DNA of 62,658 nt, filler included, from 7 parts of 7 records of this genome joined end to end with filler, not necessarily neighbours in it; one strand, 5' to 3'. Shown: positions 29,317-38,895, numbered from the whole stretch's first letter. The notes: generated by a model from the sequence alone, not told the origin. Numbers and translations: made by a program.

Positions 29317-30051
29317 CTACCATGGCAGATCACTGCCATCCCAACTGATAAAACGCCCATTATCCCTGGCATCGAGGCTTTCCAGAACCGAAAACAGATT
29401 GCTTGCCGTCTGCTCTGGCTCGTGCACCGTTAACTGCTCCAGCGACTGCTGAAATGGTTGGCTCAGCGACGACAAGGTGGTGCCCGGGTGCAGGGAAACG
29501 CATGCCAGTGGCGCGTAACGCCTCGACAATTCAATAGAAAGGTTCTTCACCACCATATTCATCGCCGCCTTGGAGGCGCGATAGGCGTACCAGCCCCCTA
29601 ACTGGTTGTCCGAAATAGACCCCACTTTCGCAGACACCGCGGCAATACGCTTGAAGTGCTTTCCCCTCAGCACCGGAGCCAGCCTCTGCATCAGCGAGAC
29701 AAACCCGAGGCAGTTCACCTGGTAGCTCCGCATCATGCTTCGGCCATCGATATCCTCCAACCGTTTCTCCGGAAAGATCTGGCCATCGTGCAGCAGGCCT
29801 GCGGCATAAATAACGGTTTGAACCGGACCAGAAGCTTCCAGCACAGCCTTGAACTCGGCGACATCAAGCCGCTGCTCGTCCTCTGCATCCCAGGCCATCA
29901 ATCTCACGCCAGAGTGATTCTTCAAATCGTCCGGCGCCGTCTCCGGCTTCCGGCACAGCCCAATCAGGCTCCGGTCCGGATAGCTGCTCAGATAACGTCG
30001 GGCCAATGCCGCACCGATGGCACCGGACACCCCCGCAATAACGGTCGTCAT
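29317..30051 (-). CDS. Short-chain dehydrogenase (C-factor/CsgA-like)
   Basis: GVSGAIG, PEKRL, SAKVGSISDNQLGGWYAYRASKAA and LHPGT motifs. Confidence 0.9.
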   Translation of the reverse strand: MTTVIAGVSGAIGAALARRYLSSYPDRSLIGLCRKPETAPDDLKNHSGVRLMAWDAEDEQRLDVAEFKAVLEASGPVQTVIYAAGLLHDGQIFPEKRLEDIDGRSMMRSYQVNCLGFVSLMQRLAPVLRGKHFKRIAAVSAKVGSISDNQLGGWYAYRASKAAMNMVVKNLSIELSRRYAPLACVSLHPGTTLSSLSQPFQQSLEQLTVHEPEQTASNLFSVLESLDARDNGRFISWDGSDLPW

Positions 30052-30091
30052 TCACCGATCTCCCGATTATCAATCAAGCCCATGTCGTTGA

Positions 30092-30117
30092 TACGAAAAA
30101 TCAATGCGTTCGGGCCA
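30092..30117 (-). promoter_or_regulatory. Possible sigmaE(ChrR-type) promoter of the SDR gene
   Basis: Minus strand TGGCCC-N16-CGTA. Confidence 0.45.
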
Positions 30118-30137
30118 TCCTGAAGCAAACCAAATAA

Positions 30138-30155
30138 TTCAAACGCCCGTATGAA
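30138..30155. promoter_or_regulatory. PsrA-type operator upstream of the ACAD gene
   Basis: TTCAAACG-CC-CGTATGAA, a near-perfect palindrome matching CAAAC-N4-GTTTG. Confidence 0.6.
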
Positions 30156-30227
30156 GAAAGGCTTCCAGATCAGAACGACGATATCCGGCGGTCGTTTAGA
30201 CCGTCAAATCAAAACAGGAGAGTATCC

Positions 30228-32003
30228 ATGCAATACCAGGCACCAGCGAACGATCTTCGCTTTCTGTTGTTTGATGTGTTGGGTGCAGACAAGCTGCACG
30301 AGCTGGAAAAGTATGCCGATGCCACACCGGACCTGATCTCCGCGGTCATTGATGAGGCCGGCAAGCTGGCGGCAGAGGTCATTCAGCCCACCAACCAGGT
30401 TGGCGACCGTCAGGGCTGCAGCTACGACCCCGAAACCAAACTGGTCAAGACTCCAGACGGCTTCAAAGAGGCCTACCAGAAGTTTGTCGAAGGTGGCTGG
30501 ACCGCGCTGGACGCGCCACTGGAGTTTGGCGGCCAGGGCCTGCCTCACACGCTGAAATTCGTGGTGGACGAGATGGTGTGCTCCACTAACCTGTCGCTGG
30601 GCATGTACCCCGGCCTGACGCATGGTGCCATCAGCGCCCTCTTTGCCCACGGCTCGGAAGAGCTTAAGCAGACGTATCTGGAAAAACTGATTTCCGGCGA
30701 ATGGACCGGCACCATGTGCCTGACCGAGCCCCATTGTGGCACCGATCTGGGCCTGATTCGCACCAAAGCCACGCCGAATGATGATGGCAGCTACGCGATT
30801 GAGGGCACCAAAATCTGGATCACCGGCGGTGAGCACGATCTGGTGGACAACATTGTCCATCTGGTGCTGGCCAAGTTGCCGGGCGCGCCAGACACCACCA
30901 AAGGGATTTCCCTGTTTGTGGTACCCAAGTTCCTGCCAGACTCCGGTGAGCGCAATCCGGCCTTCTGTGGTGGCCTGGAGCACAAGATGGGCATCAAGGG
31001 TTCCGCCACCTGCGTCATGAACTTTGAAGGCGCCAAGGGCTGGCTGGTGGGCGAGCCCAACAAGGGCATGAGCGCCATGTTCACCATGATGAACGAAGCC
31101 CGTCTGATGGTGGGCATGCAGGGCCTGGGCCTGGCGGAAATGGCTTACCAGGAGAGCCTGGCATTCGCCAGGGAACGTCTGCAAAGCCGCTCCCTGAGTG
31201 GCCCGAAGAATCCCGACGGCCCGGCCGACCCGATCATTGTGCACCCGGACGTACGCCGCATGCTGATGCGCCAGAAAGTGCTGAACGAAGGCATGCGTGC
31301 ACTGGCACTGTTTACCGGCCACCAGCTGGATCTCTCCGTGGCACACCCGGACGAAAAGGTGCGTGAAAACGCCGATGATCTGGTGCAACTGCTGACGCCG
31401 GTGGTCAAAGCCTTCCTGACCGATGAGGGCTACAACAACGCCAACTGGGGCCAGCAGGTGCTGGGTGGCTCCGGCTTCACCCAGGACTGGCCGCTGGAAC
31501 AACTGGTACGCGATGGCCGTATCGCCCGTATCTACGAGGGCACCAACGGCATCCAGGCGATGGATCTGGTGGGCCGCAAACTGTCGCTGAAGGGCGGGCA
31601 ACTGGTACGCGCCCTGTTTGCCGAGCTGACGGGTTACCTGCAAGACAATCCTGATGCGCCCTACCGGGAAGAACTGAAAGGCGCCGTCAAGGGTCTTGAG
31701 CAGGCCACTCTGTGGCTGGCCCAGAATGCCCCGAAAGATCCGGAGCAGGCTGGCGCTGCGGCAACACCATATCTGCGTCTGACAGCCCTGACCGTCATCG
31801 GCTATCTGTGGTCCCGCATGGCTGCCGTGGCTGGCCAGCAGCTCGAAGCAGGCGCAGGTAACAAGCCACTACTGGAAAGCAAGCAGGTATCCGCCCGTTT
31901 CTATTTCGAGAAACTGATGCCCGAGGCGGACTGGCTGCTACGGGATATCCAGTCCGGCAAAGACAGCCTGATGGCCCTGGAAGATGAGCAGTGGATGGCC
32001 TAA
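30228..32003 (+). CDS. Acyl-CoA dehydrogenase (long FadE5-like, C-terminal domain type)
   Basis: TMCLTEPHCGTDLG, EHKMGIKGSATC, IIVHPDVRRML and IYEGTNGIQAMDL motifs. Confidence 0.93.
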   Translation: MQYQAPANDLRFLLFDVLGADKLHELEKYADATPDLISAVIDEAGKLAAEVIQPTNQVGDRQGCSYDPETKLVKTPDGFKEAYQKFVEGGWTALDAPLEFGGQGLPHTLKFVVDEMVCSTNLSLGMYPGLTHGAISALFAHGSEELKQTYLEKLISGEWTGTMCLTEPHCGTDLGLIRTKATPNDDGSYAIEGTKIWITGGEHDLVDNIVHLVLAKLPGAPDTTKGISLFVVPKFLPDSGERNPAFCGGLEHKMGIKGSATCVMNFEGAKGWLVGEPNKGMSAMFTMMNEARLMVGMQGLGLAEMAYQESLAFARERLQSRSLSGPKNPDGPADPIIVHPDVRRMLMRQKVLNEGMRALALFTGHQLDLSVAHPDEKVRENADDLVQLLTPVVKAFLTDEGYNNANWGQQVLGGSGFTQDWPLEQLVRDGRIARIYEGTNGIQAMDLVGRKLSLKGGQLVRALFAELTGYLQDNPDAPYREELKGAVKGLEQATLWLAQNAPKDPEQAGAAATPYLRLTALTVIGYLWSRMAAVAGQQLEAGAGNKPLLESKQVSARFYFEKLMPEADWLLRDIQSGKDSLMALEDEQWMA

Positions 32004-32104
32004 GCGGCAGAGTTTCCGGTCAGGCCAAAAATCCTGGCCGGAAATGACCGACAAATGGCAATTTGTGACCTTCATCAAGACAGATCAGAAATTGATAATG
32101 GTCA

Positions 32105-32190
32105 CGTTGATTAGTGTCTCTGAACTAGTCCAACCCGCCTCCTTGCGAGGCTGGTACCTTCTTGAAGCCGCGCTTTGCGCGGCTTTTTTT
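32105..32190 (+). ncRNA. Candidate small regulatory RNA (about 80 nt, 5' end uncertain)
   Basis: CRP/FNR-like site and GATAAT upstream, internal hairpin containing CCTCCTT, strong terminator, no ORF; no family match recognised. Confidence 0.4.
32165..32190 (+). terminator. Intrinsic terminator
   Basis: AAGCCGCGC-TTT-GCGCGGCTTTTTTT. Confidence 0.85.
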
Positions 32191-32263
32191 ATGAATGCTT
32201 TTCGCCAGTCCTGCTACACAAGTACAATGCACGCTGCATTTTTAATACTCCAGCAGAGACCGC

Positions 32264-33055
32264 ATGACCACCGATGACTACCATCTCCGCTTTGGCGGCA
32301 TAGAGCGTCTGTACGGCCGCAAGGCCCTGCATGCCTTCCGCCATGCTCACATCGCCATTGTCGGTCTCGGCGGCGTCGGTTCCTGGGCGGCAGAAGCTCT
32401 GGCGCGCAGTGGTATCGGCACCATCACCCTGATTGATATGGACGACATCTGTGTCTCCAACACCAACCGGCAGCTGCATGCTCTGCAGGGCCAGTATGGT
32501 CGCACCAAAACCGATGCCATGGCGGAGCGGTTGCGCGCCATCAATCCCCAGGCGGATATTCGGGTGCACTTTGGCTTTCTCACGGTGAAGAATGTCGGCG
32601 AGCTGATCACCGAAGACATGACCGGCGTGGTGGATGCCATCGACAGCGTGAAGGCAAAAGCGGCGCTGATTGCCCACTGCCAGCGGCGCAAGATTCCGAT
32701 CGTCTGTGCCGGTGGCGCGGGAGGCCAGATGGACCCGACCCAGATCCAGGTGGCCGACCTGGCAAAAACCACACAGGATCCATTATTGGCCAAGGTCCGT
32801 AATATGTTGCGCCGGGAATACGGTTTTTCCCGAAACCCGAAACGGCGCTTCGGTGTAGAAGCTGTATACTCACTGGAACAACTGACCTACCCCGCCCCGG
32901 ATGGCGAGGTATGTCAACAAAAACCGACAAGCGATGGCCCGGTGCGGCTCGACTGCGCCACAGGGTTTGGTGCTGCAAGCCCGGTGACCGCGAGTTTCGG
33001 CTTTTTCGCAGCGTCCCGGCTGCTGAACCGTATTGCCCGCAAGGCCAACGCCTAA
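32264..33055 (+). CDS. tcdA: tRNA threonylcarbamoyladenosine dehydratase
   Basis: RFGGIERLYG, GLGGVGSWAAEALARSG, SNTNRQLHA, QDPLLAKVR and LDCATGFG motifs. Confidence 0.92.
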   Translation: MTTDDYHLRFGGIERLYGRKALHAFRHAHIAIVGLGGVGSWAAEALARSGIGTITLIDMDDICVSNTNRQLHALQGQYGRTKTDAMAERLRAINPQADIRVHFGFLTVKNVGELITEDMTGVVDAIDSVKAKAALIAHCQRRKIPIVCAGGAGGQMDPTQIQVADLAKTTQDPLLAKVRNMLRREYGFSRNPKRRFGVEAVYSLEQLTYPAPDGEVCQQKPTSDGPVRLDCATGFGAASPVTASFGFFAASRLLNRIARKANA

Positions 33056-33076
33056 CTCACTCATCGGGGCCCTTTT

Positions 33077-33152
33077 ATGGCCGTAAGCACCACGTTAATT
33101 CTGGCCGGCATCGGCGTTTCTTCCCTGGTTTGCCAGTGGCTGGCATGGCGGG
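33077..33152 (+). CDS. Probable cation:proton antiporter, 5' end only
   Basis: Manual translation MAVSTTLILAGIGVSSLVCQWLAWR resembles the first TM of CPA1 antiporters. Confidence 0.45.
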
Positions 33153-33252
33153 NNNNNNNNNNNNNNNNNNNNNNNNNNNNNNNNNNNNNNNNNNNNTTAA
33201 TTAATTAANNNNNNNNNNNNNNNNNNNNNNNNNNNNNNNNNNNNNNNNNNNN
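33153..33252. other. Artificial contig-joining spacer
   Basis: N44-TTAATTAATTAA-N44. Confidence 0.98.
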
Positions 33253-33450
33253 CGCAATGAGAAGATCAACTACAAGGTCCGCGAACACTCGCTGGCCAAG
33301 GTGCCGGTGATCATCGTGTGCGGCATGCGTGAAGCCGAGGAGCGGACCGTGAACGTTCGCCGTCTCGGTTCCAAGGACCAGACCCCGATGGGCCTCGACG
33401 AGGCGATTGCAGCGTTCGTTGAAGAAGCGACGCCGCCAGACCTGAAGTAA
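33253..33450 (+). CDS. thrS: Threonyl-tRNA synthetase, C-terminal fragment (not in ORF track)
   Basis: Manual translation [43 protein letters not shown]...PPDLK*. Confidence 0.92.
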   Translation, partial: RNEKINYKVREHSLAKVPVIIVCGMREAEERTVNVRRLGSKDQTPMGLDEAIAAFVEEATPPDLK

Positions 33451-33593
33451 GGTTTTCCCTGGCATTAAGGGAAAATCTGACAGCTTGCACATTGCCCTGG
33501 CATCAGGGCAATGTGCTGTCACAATCATGAAACAGGGTGTCTGGTATTGGGTTCCGGATTTGCCACCGTTTCATCAGGGTCAAGACGACTGCC

Positions 33594-34442
33594 GTGAACT
33601 ACGCTGAATTCAGTTATGCCAATCCTGAGCATCCACCGCTGAAGCGTTGGACCATCCGCACCATTGAAGGTCTCTCCGGCCGGCGAAAGCTGGTCAACAT
33701 CTACGAGGTGTGGAAGGAAACGATGGTCGGCACGTCCGACTATATCTGGAACGACCTTCTCGGCCTGATCAACCTCAACGTTTCGGTTGCAGATGGCGAA
33801 TGGCCGCCGAAGGATCTGCCGGAAGGTCCACTGGTGCTTATCGCCAATCATCCCTACGGCATTGGCGATGGTCTAGCGATCCTGGCACTCGCGGAACAGC
33901 TTGGCCGCCCGTTCAAGATCCTGATCAACAACGAGTTGCTGAAGGTGCCGGAAGTCCGGCCGTTTTCGCTGCCGGTCGATTTCGAGGAAACCAAGGAAGC
34001 GCTCAAGACCAATATGGCCACTCGCAAGGAGGCTCTGCGCCTGCTGCAGGAAGGCACGACCATTATCGTTTTTCCTGGTGGTGGCGTGGCAACGGCTGCC
34101 AAGCCATTCGGCCGTGCGGAAGAACTGCCCTGGAAGACTTTCACGGCAAAAATGATCCGGTCTTCGAGAGCAACCGTCCTTCCGCTTTATTTCGACGGGC
34201 AGAATTCCTGGCTGTTCCACCTGGTCAGCAAATACTCGCTGACCCTTCGTCTGGCGCTGCTTGTGCGCGAGTTTCGCCGTATCCTCGGGTCTGTGATGAC
34301 CGCACGCGCGGGCAGGGCAATCCCGTTCGAAACGCTTTCGGGATTTGGCGATCAGAAGGAGATCATGGATTTCCTGCAGACCAAGGTCATGGAGATGGCG
34401 CCGCCCACACGGACCCGGCGTTTGCTTGGCAGACGGCGTTAG
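33594..34442 (+). CDS. Lysophospholipid acyltransferase family protein
   Basis: ANHPYGIGDG (HX4D) and VFPGGGV motifs; start uncertain. Confidence 0.85.
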   Translation: MNYAEFSYANPEHPPLKRWTIRTIEGLSGRRKLVNIYEVWKETMVGTSDYIWNDLLGLINLNVSVADGEWPPKDLPEGPLVLIANHPYGIGDGLAILALAEQLGRPFKILINNELLKVPEVRPFSLPVDFEETKEALKTNMATRKEALRLLQEGTTIIVFPGGGVATAAKPFGRAEELPWKTFTAKMIRSSRATVLPLYFDGQNSWLFHLVSKYSLTLRLALLVREFRRILGSVMTARAGRAIPFETLSGFGDQKEIMDFLQTKVMEMAPPTRTRRLLGRRR

Positions 34443-34490
34443 ACGTCGCTACCTGGTCAGATCTTAAAGTCGCCGGGAACACGGCGCAGG

Positions 34491-35591
34491 TCAGTTGTTG
34501 ATGCTGGACTGCTGCTGGCTGGCCAGTTCGCTGATGGAAGTGACCACTTCAACTTCGCGATCTTCACCCGGTTCCACCTGGAACGTGTGCAGGTAGGTGC
34601 GGCCATTGTTGCGGGCGAGGGCTTCATATTCGCCTTCTGCCAGCACGAAATCAGGGAAGGCACCTGTCGCTTCGACCACGACGTCCCCCCCCGGGCTCAG
34701 GACGGACCACGTCGTGTTGGCAATTGCTTCGCCGCCACGTTCGTTGACCAGTTTGAGCGTGATACCGGCGGCCTTGTGGAAGATTGTCGCTTCAGTGAGC
34801 TTGCCCGGCAGCACCTGGATATCCGCCCGGACGACCGCGTTCACATCGCCGTATTTGCTGACAACATGATAGGTGTTGGCGCTGAGACGGAGAATGGAGC
34901 CCGGCTTGACGTTGCTGGCAATCAGGTTGCGTTCACCGCGCTGATTGAACTCCATGCCATAAAGATCGAAGGCCACGGCGCGCCCGTCGAGGTCTTCACC
35001 ATCCTTGAGTGCCGCACCGAATTTGATGCCGCCCGCATTGAGCGTCACCATCTTCGACTGGACTTCCTTGCCGATGACGATGCGGTTGGTTGCCTGGGAG
35101 AAGCCGTAGGCGGTGTGAATCAGGTAGGTGCCCGGGTCGAGCCGGAATTCGGCATCACCGCCTTGAGACGTTGCAACAAGTTGCAGGCGCCCGTCGGCAT
35201 TGGTCGTTTCCGAATAGATCCGCCAGATGAGCCCTTCGTTCAGCGGAGGGCTGTCGGGCGTCAGCTTTGCCATCAGGTATAGAGCGCCCTGCCGCAAGCC
35301 GCCCTTGATACCGGGGGATGATGCCCTGGCCGGCGCGTAGGGGACAAGCGTATCGGAAAAGAGGGGTTCCGGCTCGCGGTCGAGCAGGTTGATGATGGGT
35401 TCTTCAGGGGCAGCGGACGGTGCGTTCGGATCAGGTTTTTCTGCAGGGGCCGGCGGTACGTCAGATGTCTGCGCCAAGGTCGCAGGAGCAAGGCCCATCG
35501 AAAGGACGGCGCTCAGCATTATCGAAAATGCAGTGCATCTGACTGCACGCTTCAAAGCCGATTGGCCGGAGAGGGGGGCTGAATTCACCAT
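34491..35591 (-). CDS. Exported hypothetical protein with three beta-rich repeats
   Basis: Signal peptide, Pro-rich linker, three units ending L.PGTY / LSANTY / LAEGEY. Confidence 0.75.
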   Translation of the reverse strand: MVNSAPLSGQSALKRAVRCTAFSIMLSAVLSMGLAPATLAQTSDVPPAPAEKPDPNAPSAAPEEPIINLLDREPEPLFSDTLVPYAPARASSPGIKGGLRQGALYLMAKLTPDSPPLNEGLIWRIYSETTNADGRLQLVATSQGGDAEFRLDPGTYLIHTAYGFSQATNRIVIGKEVQSKMVTLNAGGIKFGAALKDGEDLDGRAVAFDLYGMEFNQRGERNLIASNVKPGSILRLSANTYHVVSKYGDVNAVVRADIQVLPGKLTEATIFHKAAGITLKLVNERGGEAIANTTWSVLSPGGDVVVEATGAFPDFVLAEGEYEALARNNGRTYLHTFQVEPGEDREVEVVTSISELASQQQSSINN

Positions 35592-35932
35592 GCCTACGTC
35601 GTTATCATTTTGACTCGCAGACTTTTACCAGTCTTTTGAGGCATTCGTCACCCGAAACTGACCTTGGAGATCCGGTCCGGTTTGCCTGGTGCAAGTGCAC
35701 CGGTTGCAGGGTAACGACTATGTTTCTGTTTCCAGTGCGTTTTTTTGAATTCTCGGTGCAATCTGACCGATCACGGGCCAAGGACGATTTTCCCGAGATT
35801 CACCGCACTGCAGCGTTGTCCCTTAATGCGCCCGGAAATTGGGCAAATTCAAGACGCCGCGATCAAAGTTGACAATTACGGTCAATGAATTAGGTGGATC
35901 GTACGATTGCAACAGGCCGACAGGATCTTTTC

Positions 35933-36529
35933 ATGCCGAGTAACAGCGCCGGATCGACGGCAACTCTGGACTTTCTGCGACAGCGGCGCTCCCACCCCTC
36001 TGTTACCATGACAGCCCCGGGGCCGAACGAAGAACAGATCAACGACATTCTGACCATTGCAGCGCGTGTGCCAGACCATGGCAAACTGGCGCCCTGGCGT
36101 TTCGTTCTCTACAGGCCGGAACAGGGACGCACGATCGGTTCCTGGCTGGCGGACCGGTATGAAGCACTCAACGGACCGCTCGACGGCGAGCAACGCCAGA
36201 AGGAACTGACCCGCTTCACCCGTGCGCCATTGGTGATCGGTGTTCTCAGCCAGGCAGCCGAGCATCCGAAAATCCCGATCTGGGAACAGGAGCTTTCCGC
36301 CGGCGCCGTCTGCATGAACCTTCTGACAGCCGCGGCTGCATCAGGATTCGCGTCGCAGTGGCTGTCCGAATGGTTTGCCTTCGATGAAGATGCTGCCCGT
36401 TACCTTGGCGCGCGAGACGGAGAGCGGTTTGCGGGGTTCGTACATATCGGAACCCCGACACAACCACCTTTCGAGCGTCCGCGCCCCGACCTTGCCGATA
36501 TTGTATCCACCTGGACAGAGACCGACTGA
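35933..36529 (+). CDS. Nitroreductase (YdjA-like)
   Basis: RRS, AARVPDHGKLAPWRF, WEQELSAGAVCMN and GFVHIGT motifs. Confidence 0.9.
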   Translation: MPSNSAGSTATLDFLRQRRSHPSVTMTAPGPNEEQINDILTIAARVPDHGKLAPWRFVLYRPEQGRTIGSWLADRYEALNGPLDGEQRQKELTRFTRAPLVIGVLSQAAEHPKIPIWEQELSAGAVCMNLLTAAAASGFASQWLSEWFAFDEDAARYLGARDGERFAGFVHIGTPTQPPFERPRPDLADIVSTWTETD

Positions 36530-36532
36530 CCC

Positions 36533-37135
36533 ATGTTCTACGAAACGGAAAAAAACGACCACGGCCTGCCGCATAACCCGTTCAAGGCTATTGTCGCACC
36601 CCGGCCGATTGGCTGGATCTCCACACTCGACAAAGACGGCAAGGCCAACCTTGCACCCTACAGTTTCTTCAACGCGGTCTGCGATACACCGCCGATCGTG
36701 ATGTTCTCTTCCACCGGGTACAAGGACAGCGTCTCCAACATCGACGCGACAGGGGAGTTCGTCTGCAACATGGCGAACCTCGGCCTCAAGGACGAGATGA
36801 ACCAGACCTCCGCCTCCGTCGCACATGAGATCTCCGAGTTTGATCTGGCCGGATTGGAGATGGCTGCCTCAAGACTGGTGAAAGCGCCTCGCGTTGCAAA
36901 GGCCGTCACTGCGCTGGAGTGCAAGCACCTTCAAACCCTGCGATTGAAGACGCTGACAGGAGACGACACCGACAGCTACGTCGTTTTCGGTCAGGTTGTC
37001 GGTGTCCACATCGACGAAAGCGTCATTGTCGACGGCAAGGTGGATGTAACGCTCTACAAGCCGCTATCCCGGCTTGGCTACATGGACTACGCCGTGGTGA
37101 ACGAGGTGTTCCAGATGGGCCGACCCAAAGTTTAA
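36533..37135 (+). CDS. Flavin reductase-like protein
   Basis: PFKAIVAPRPIGWIST, NLAPYSFFN and PLSRLGY motifs. Confidence 0.9.
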   Translation: MFYETEKNDHGLPHNPFKAIVAPRPIGWISTLDKDGKANLAPYSFFNAVCDTPPIVMFSSTGYKDSVSNIDATGEFVCNMANLGLKDEMNQTSASVAHEISEFDLAGLEMAASRLVKAPRVAKAVTALECKHLQTLRLKTLTGDDTDSYVVFGQVVGVHIDESVIVDGKVDVTLYKPLSRLGYMDYAVVNEVFQMGRPKV

Positions 37136-37159
37136 CGATTATCCGAACGATCATGACCG

Positions 37160-37190
37160 AAAAGGGCGCCGGCAAAGTCGGCGCCCTTTT
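37160..37190 (+). terminator. Intrinsic terminator
   Basis: AAAAGGGCGCCGGC-AAA-GTCGGCGCCCTTTT. Confidence 0.8.
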
Positions 37191-37387
37191 ATTGTGACTT
37201 GCCGACTCATTGAAAACGGCGTTATTCGAATGCAGTAGTCGATGTTTTTCCTGGTGCGTTTTTCCAAAGGAAATGGCCGGTAGCCTCTTGTCTGTCCACA
37301 TAACCGGCTTTCGACATAAGTAGTTCTGACCAGGCACAAAAGAAAAAAGACTCGCCTGTAGTTGCCTAGATCCCCACCTGTGTGTTG

Positions 37388-37403
37388 TTAAGGTTTTGTT
37401 AAC
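37388..37403. promoter_or_regulatory. CtrA binding site
   Basis: Perfect TTAA-GGTTTTG-TTAAC, plus two further GTTAAC half-sites at 37419 and 37432. Confidence 0.8.
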
Positions 37404-37473
37404 CTTTTGGGCGTGAAAGTTAACGCTGAAAGTTAACGAAGTGATAATTTGGTTCCGTCGAGGAGACAGGGTC

Positions 37474-38781
37474 ATGCGAGTTGCTGACACCGCCTCGATC
37501 GCGTCTAGGATCGAGCTTGCGTTTCAGTCTGCGAGTACTTCAACGGGGACGTCATTCGACTACCTGGTGAAGACAGCTGCGCGGGAATCGTCATTCAACC
37601 CAACGGCAAAGGCCAGAACATCCAGCGCCACCGGGTTGTTCCAATTCATTGAATCCACCTGGCTGGAGACAATGAAGGAAGCTGGTCCGAAACACGGTCT
37701 TGAAAAATACTCCGATCAGATTCAACGCTCCAAGAGCGGAAAGTTCTATGTAAGCGACCCGCAAATGCGGCGGGAGATTCTCGACCTTCGGAAAGACCCG
37801 GAAATCTCGTCTATGATGGCAGGGGCGCTGACGCAGAAGAATTCCCAGTACCTGGAACGTAGAATCGGGCGCGAACCGAGCGACGGCGAGCTCTATATGG
37901 CTCATTTTCTTGGTGCCAACGGCGCAAGCAGATTGATTGATGCTGCCGGTGCCAGCCCGGACATGCGAGCCGACAAGGTTTTTTCCGCTCAGGCACGCGC
38001 CAACAAACCGATCTTCTATCATTCGAACGGCAAGGCTCGCTCGATGCAGGAGGTTTACGAGGTTATCGTTTCCAAGCACGATGCCGTCACGATGATTGCG
38101 CAGGCCAGCACAAACAAGGATCTCCGGACATCGGGAGAACTCACGCAGGTCGCGACGCTGCCGAATGCAAAGCCTGCGGACGGCGCCGCGACAATCAACC
38201 AGAAATCCTTCGATCATCTTGCAGGAGACCCGGCAGCCGCCTTCGCAATGCGGACGAAACCCGCCGGCCCGGGCCAGATCGCGAGAGCTGACAACGCAGG
38301 CCCTCAATTGCCTCAGGGCGAACTGTTTCAATTGGCAAAGACGGATGTACCGCTGCCTGAGCGCACGGCGGGGCAGGGGGCAACTACAACGGCAAGCGCA
38401 GCTTTCCTGGAAGAAAGTGTCGGCTCAGTGACCCCGGACCGTCCGGTGCCGCAAAACACGCGCGAAGCAGCCATTGATGGTGATGATTTCGACGCAAGCA
38501 ACAGGGTTCTGTCGGCCTTCCAGGCGACGGAAACAGCCAATCCGTTCGAGGCTCTGTTCCGCAATGACGCGGCTTCGAACCAGGCAGGCGTCAACCCGCG
38601 CTTTGCGTCGGCTTTCGCCGCTGTGGAAGAAGCTGCCCTTGTCAGCGCCCTGTCCGGAGCCTCCAACCAGGTGCAGGCACAGGAACTGGCGCTGGTGAAT
38701 CAGGGCGGACCGCTGGACCTCACACGTTTCCTGCGCCTGAAGGCAGAAGAGGAACAAAAGGACCTGCTACCACCGGCTTGA
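37474..38781 (+). CDS. SLT-domain lytic transglycosylase-like protein with long low-complexity C-terminus
   Basis: ARESSFNP.A...SSATGLFQFIESTW and LYMAHFLGA.GA motifs; GAGGAG RBS. Confidence 0.85.
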   Translation: MRVADTASIASRIELAFQSASTSTGTSFDYLVKTAARESSFNPTAKARTSSATGLFQFIESTWLETMKEAGPKHGLEKYSDQIQRSKSGKFYVSDPQMRREILDLRKDPEISSMMAGALTQKNSQYLERRIGREPSDGELYMAHFLGANGASRLIDAAGASPDMRADKVFSAQARANKPIFYHSNGKARSMQEVYEVIVSKHDAVTMIAQASTNKDLRTSGELTQVATLPNAKPADGAATINQKSFDHLAGDPAAAFAMRTKPAGPGQIARADNAGPQLPQGELFQLAKTDVPLPERTAGQGATTTASAAFLEESVGSVTPDRPVPQNTREAAIDGDDFDASNRVLSAFQATETANPFEALFRNDAASNQAGVNPRFASAFAAVEEAALVSALSGASNQVQAQELALVNQGGPLDLTRFLRLKAEEEQKDLLPPA

Positions 38782-38879
38782 ACATGGGCAGTTGAAAGAC
38801 CCGGCTGAAAGCCTGAAGTCTCATGTCCGCCACCATCGGGAAAGGCGGGCATTCGCCAGAGAACCTGGCAAAATTATGG

Positions 38880-38895
38880 TGAACCGATCGTTAAG
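38880..38895. promoter_or_regulatory. CtrA-like site upstream of the DUF2336 gene
   Basis: TGAA-CCGATCG-TTAA (one mismatch); GANTC sites at 38908 and 38919. Confidence 0.55.

Noticed and set aside
30204..31643. 479-aa antisense ORF, and similar ones over amtB, speE, recN and the SLT gene
   Set aside because: Shadow ORFs caused by codon bias of well-supported genes on the other strand
32091..32190. PrrF/RyhB, GcvB or Spot42 identity for the sRNA candidate
   Set aside because: Only GATAAT resembles a Fur half-site and the body does not match those RNAs as I recall them; left unassigned
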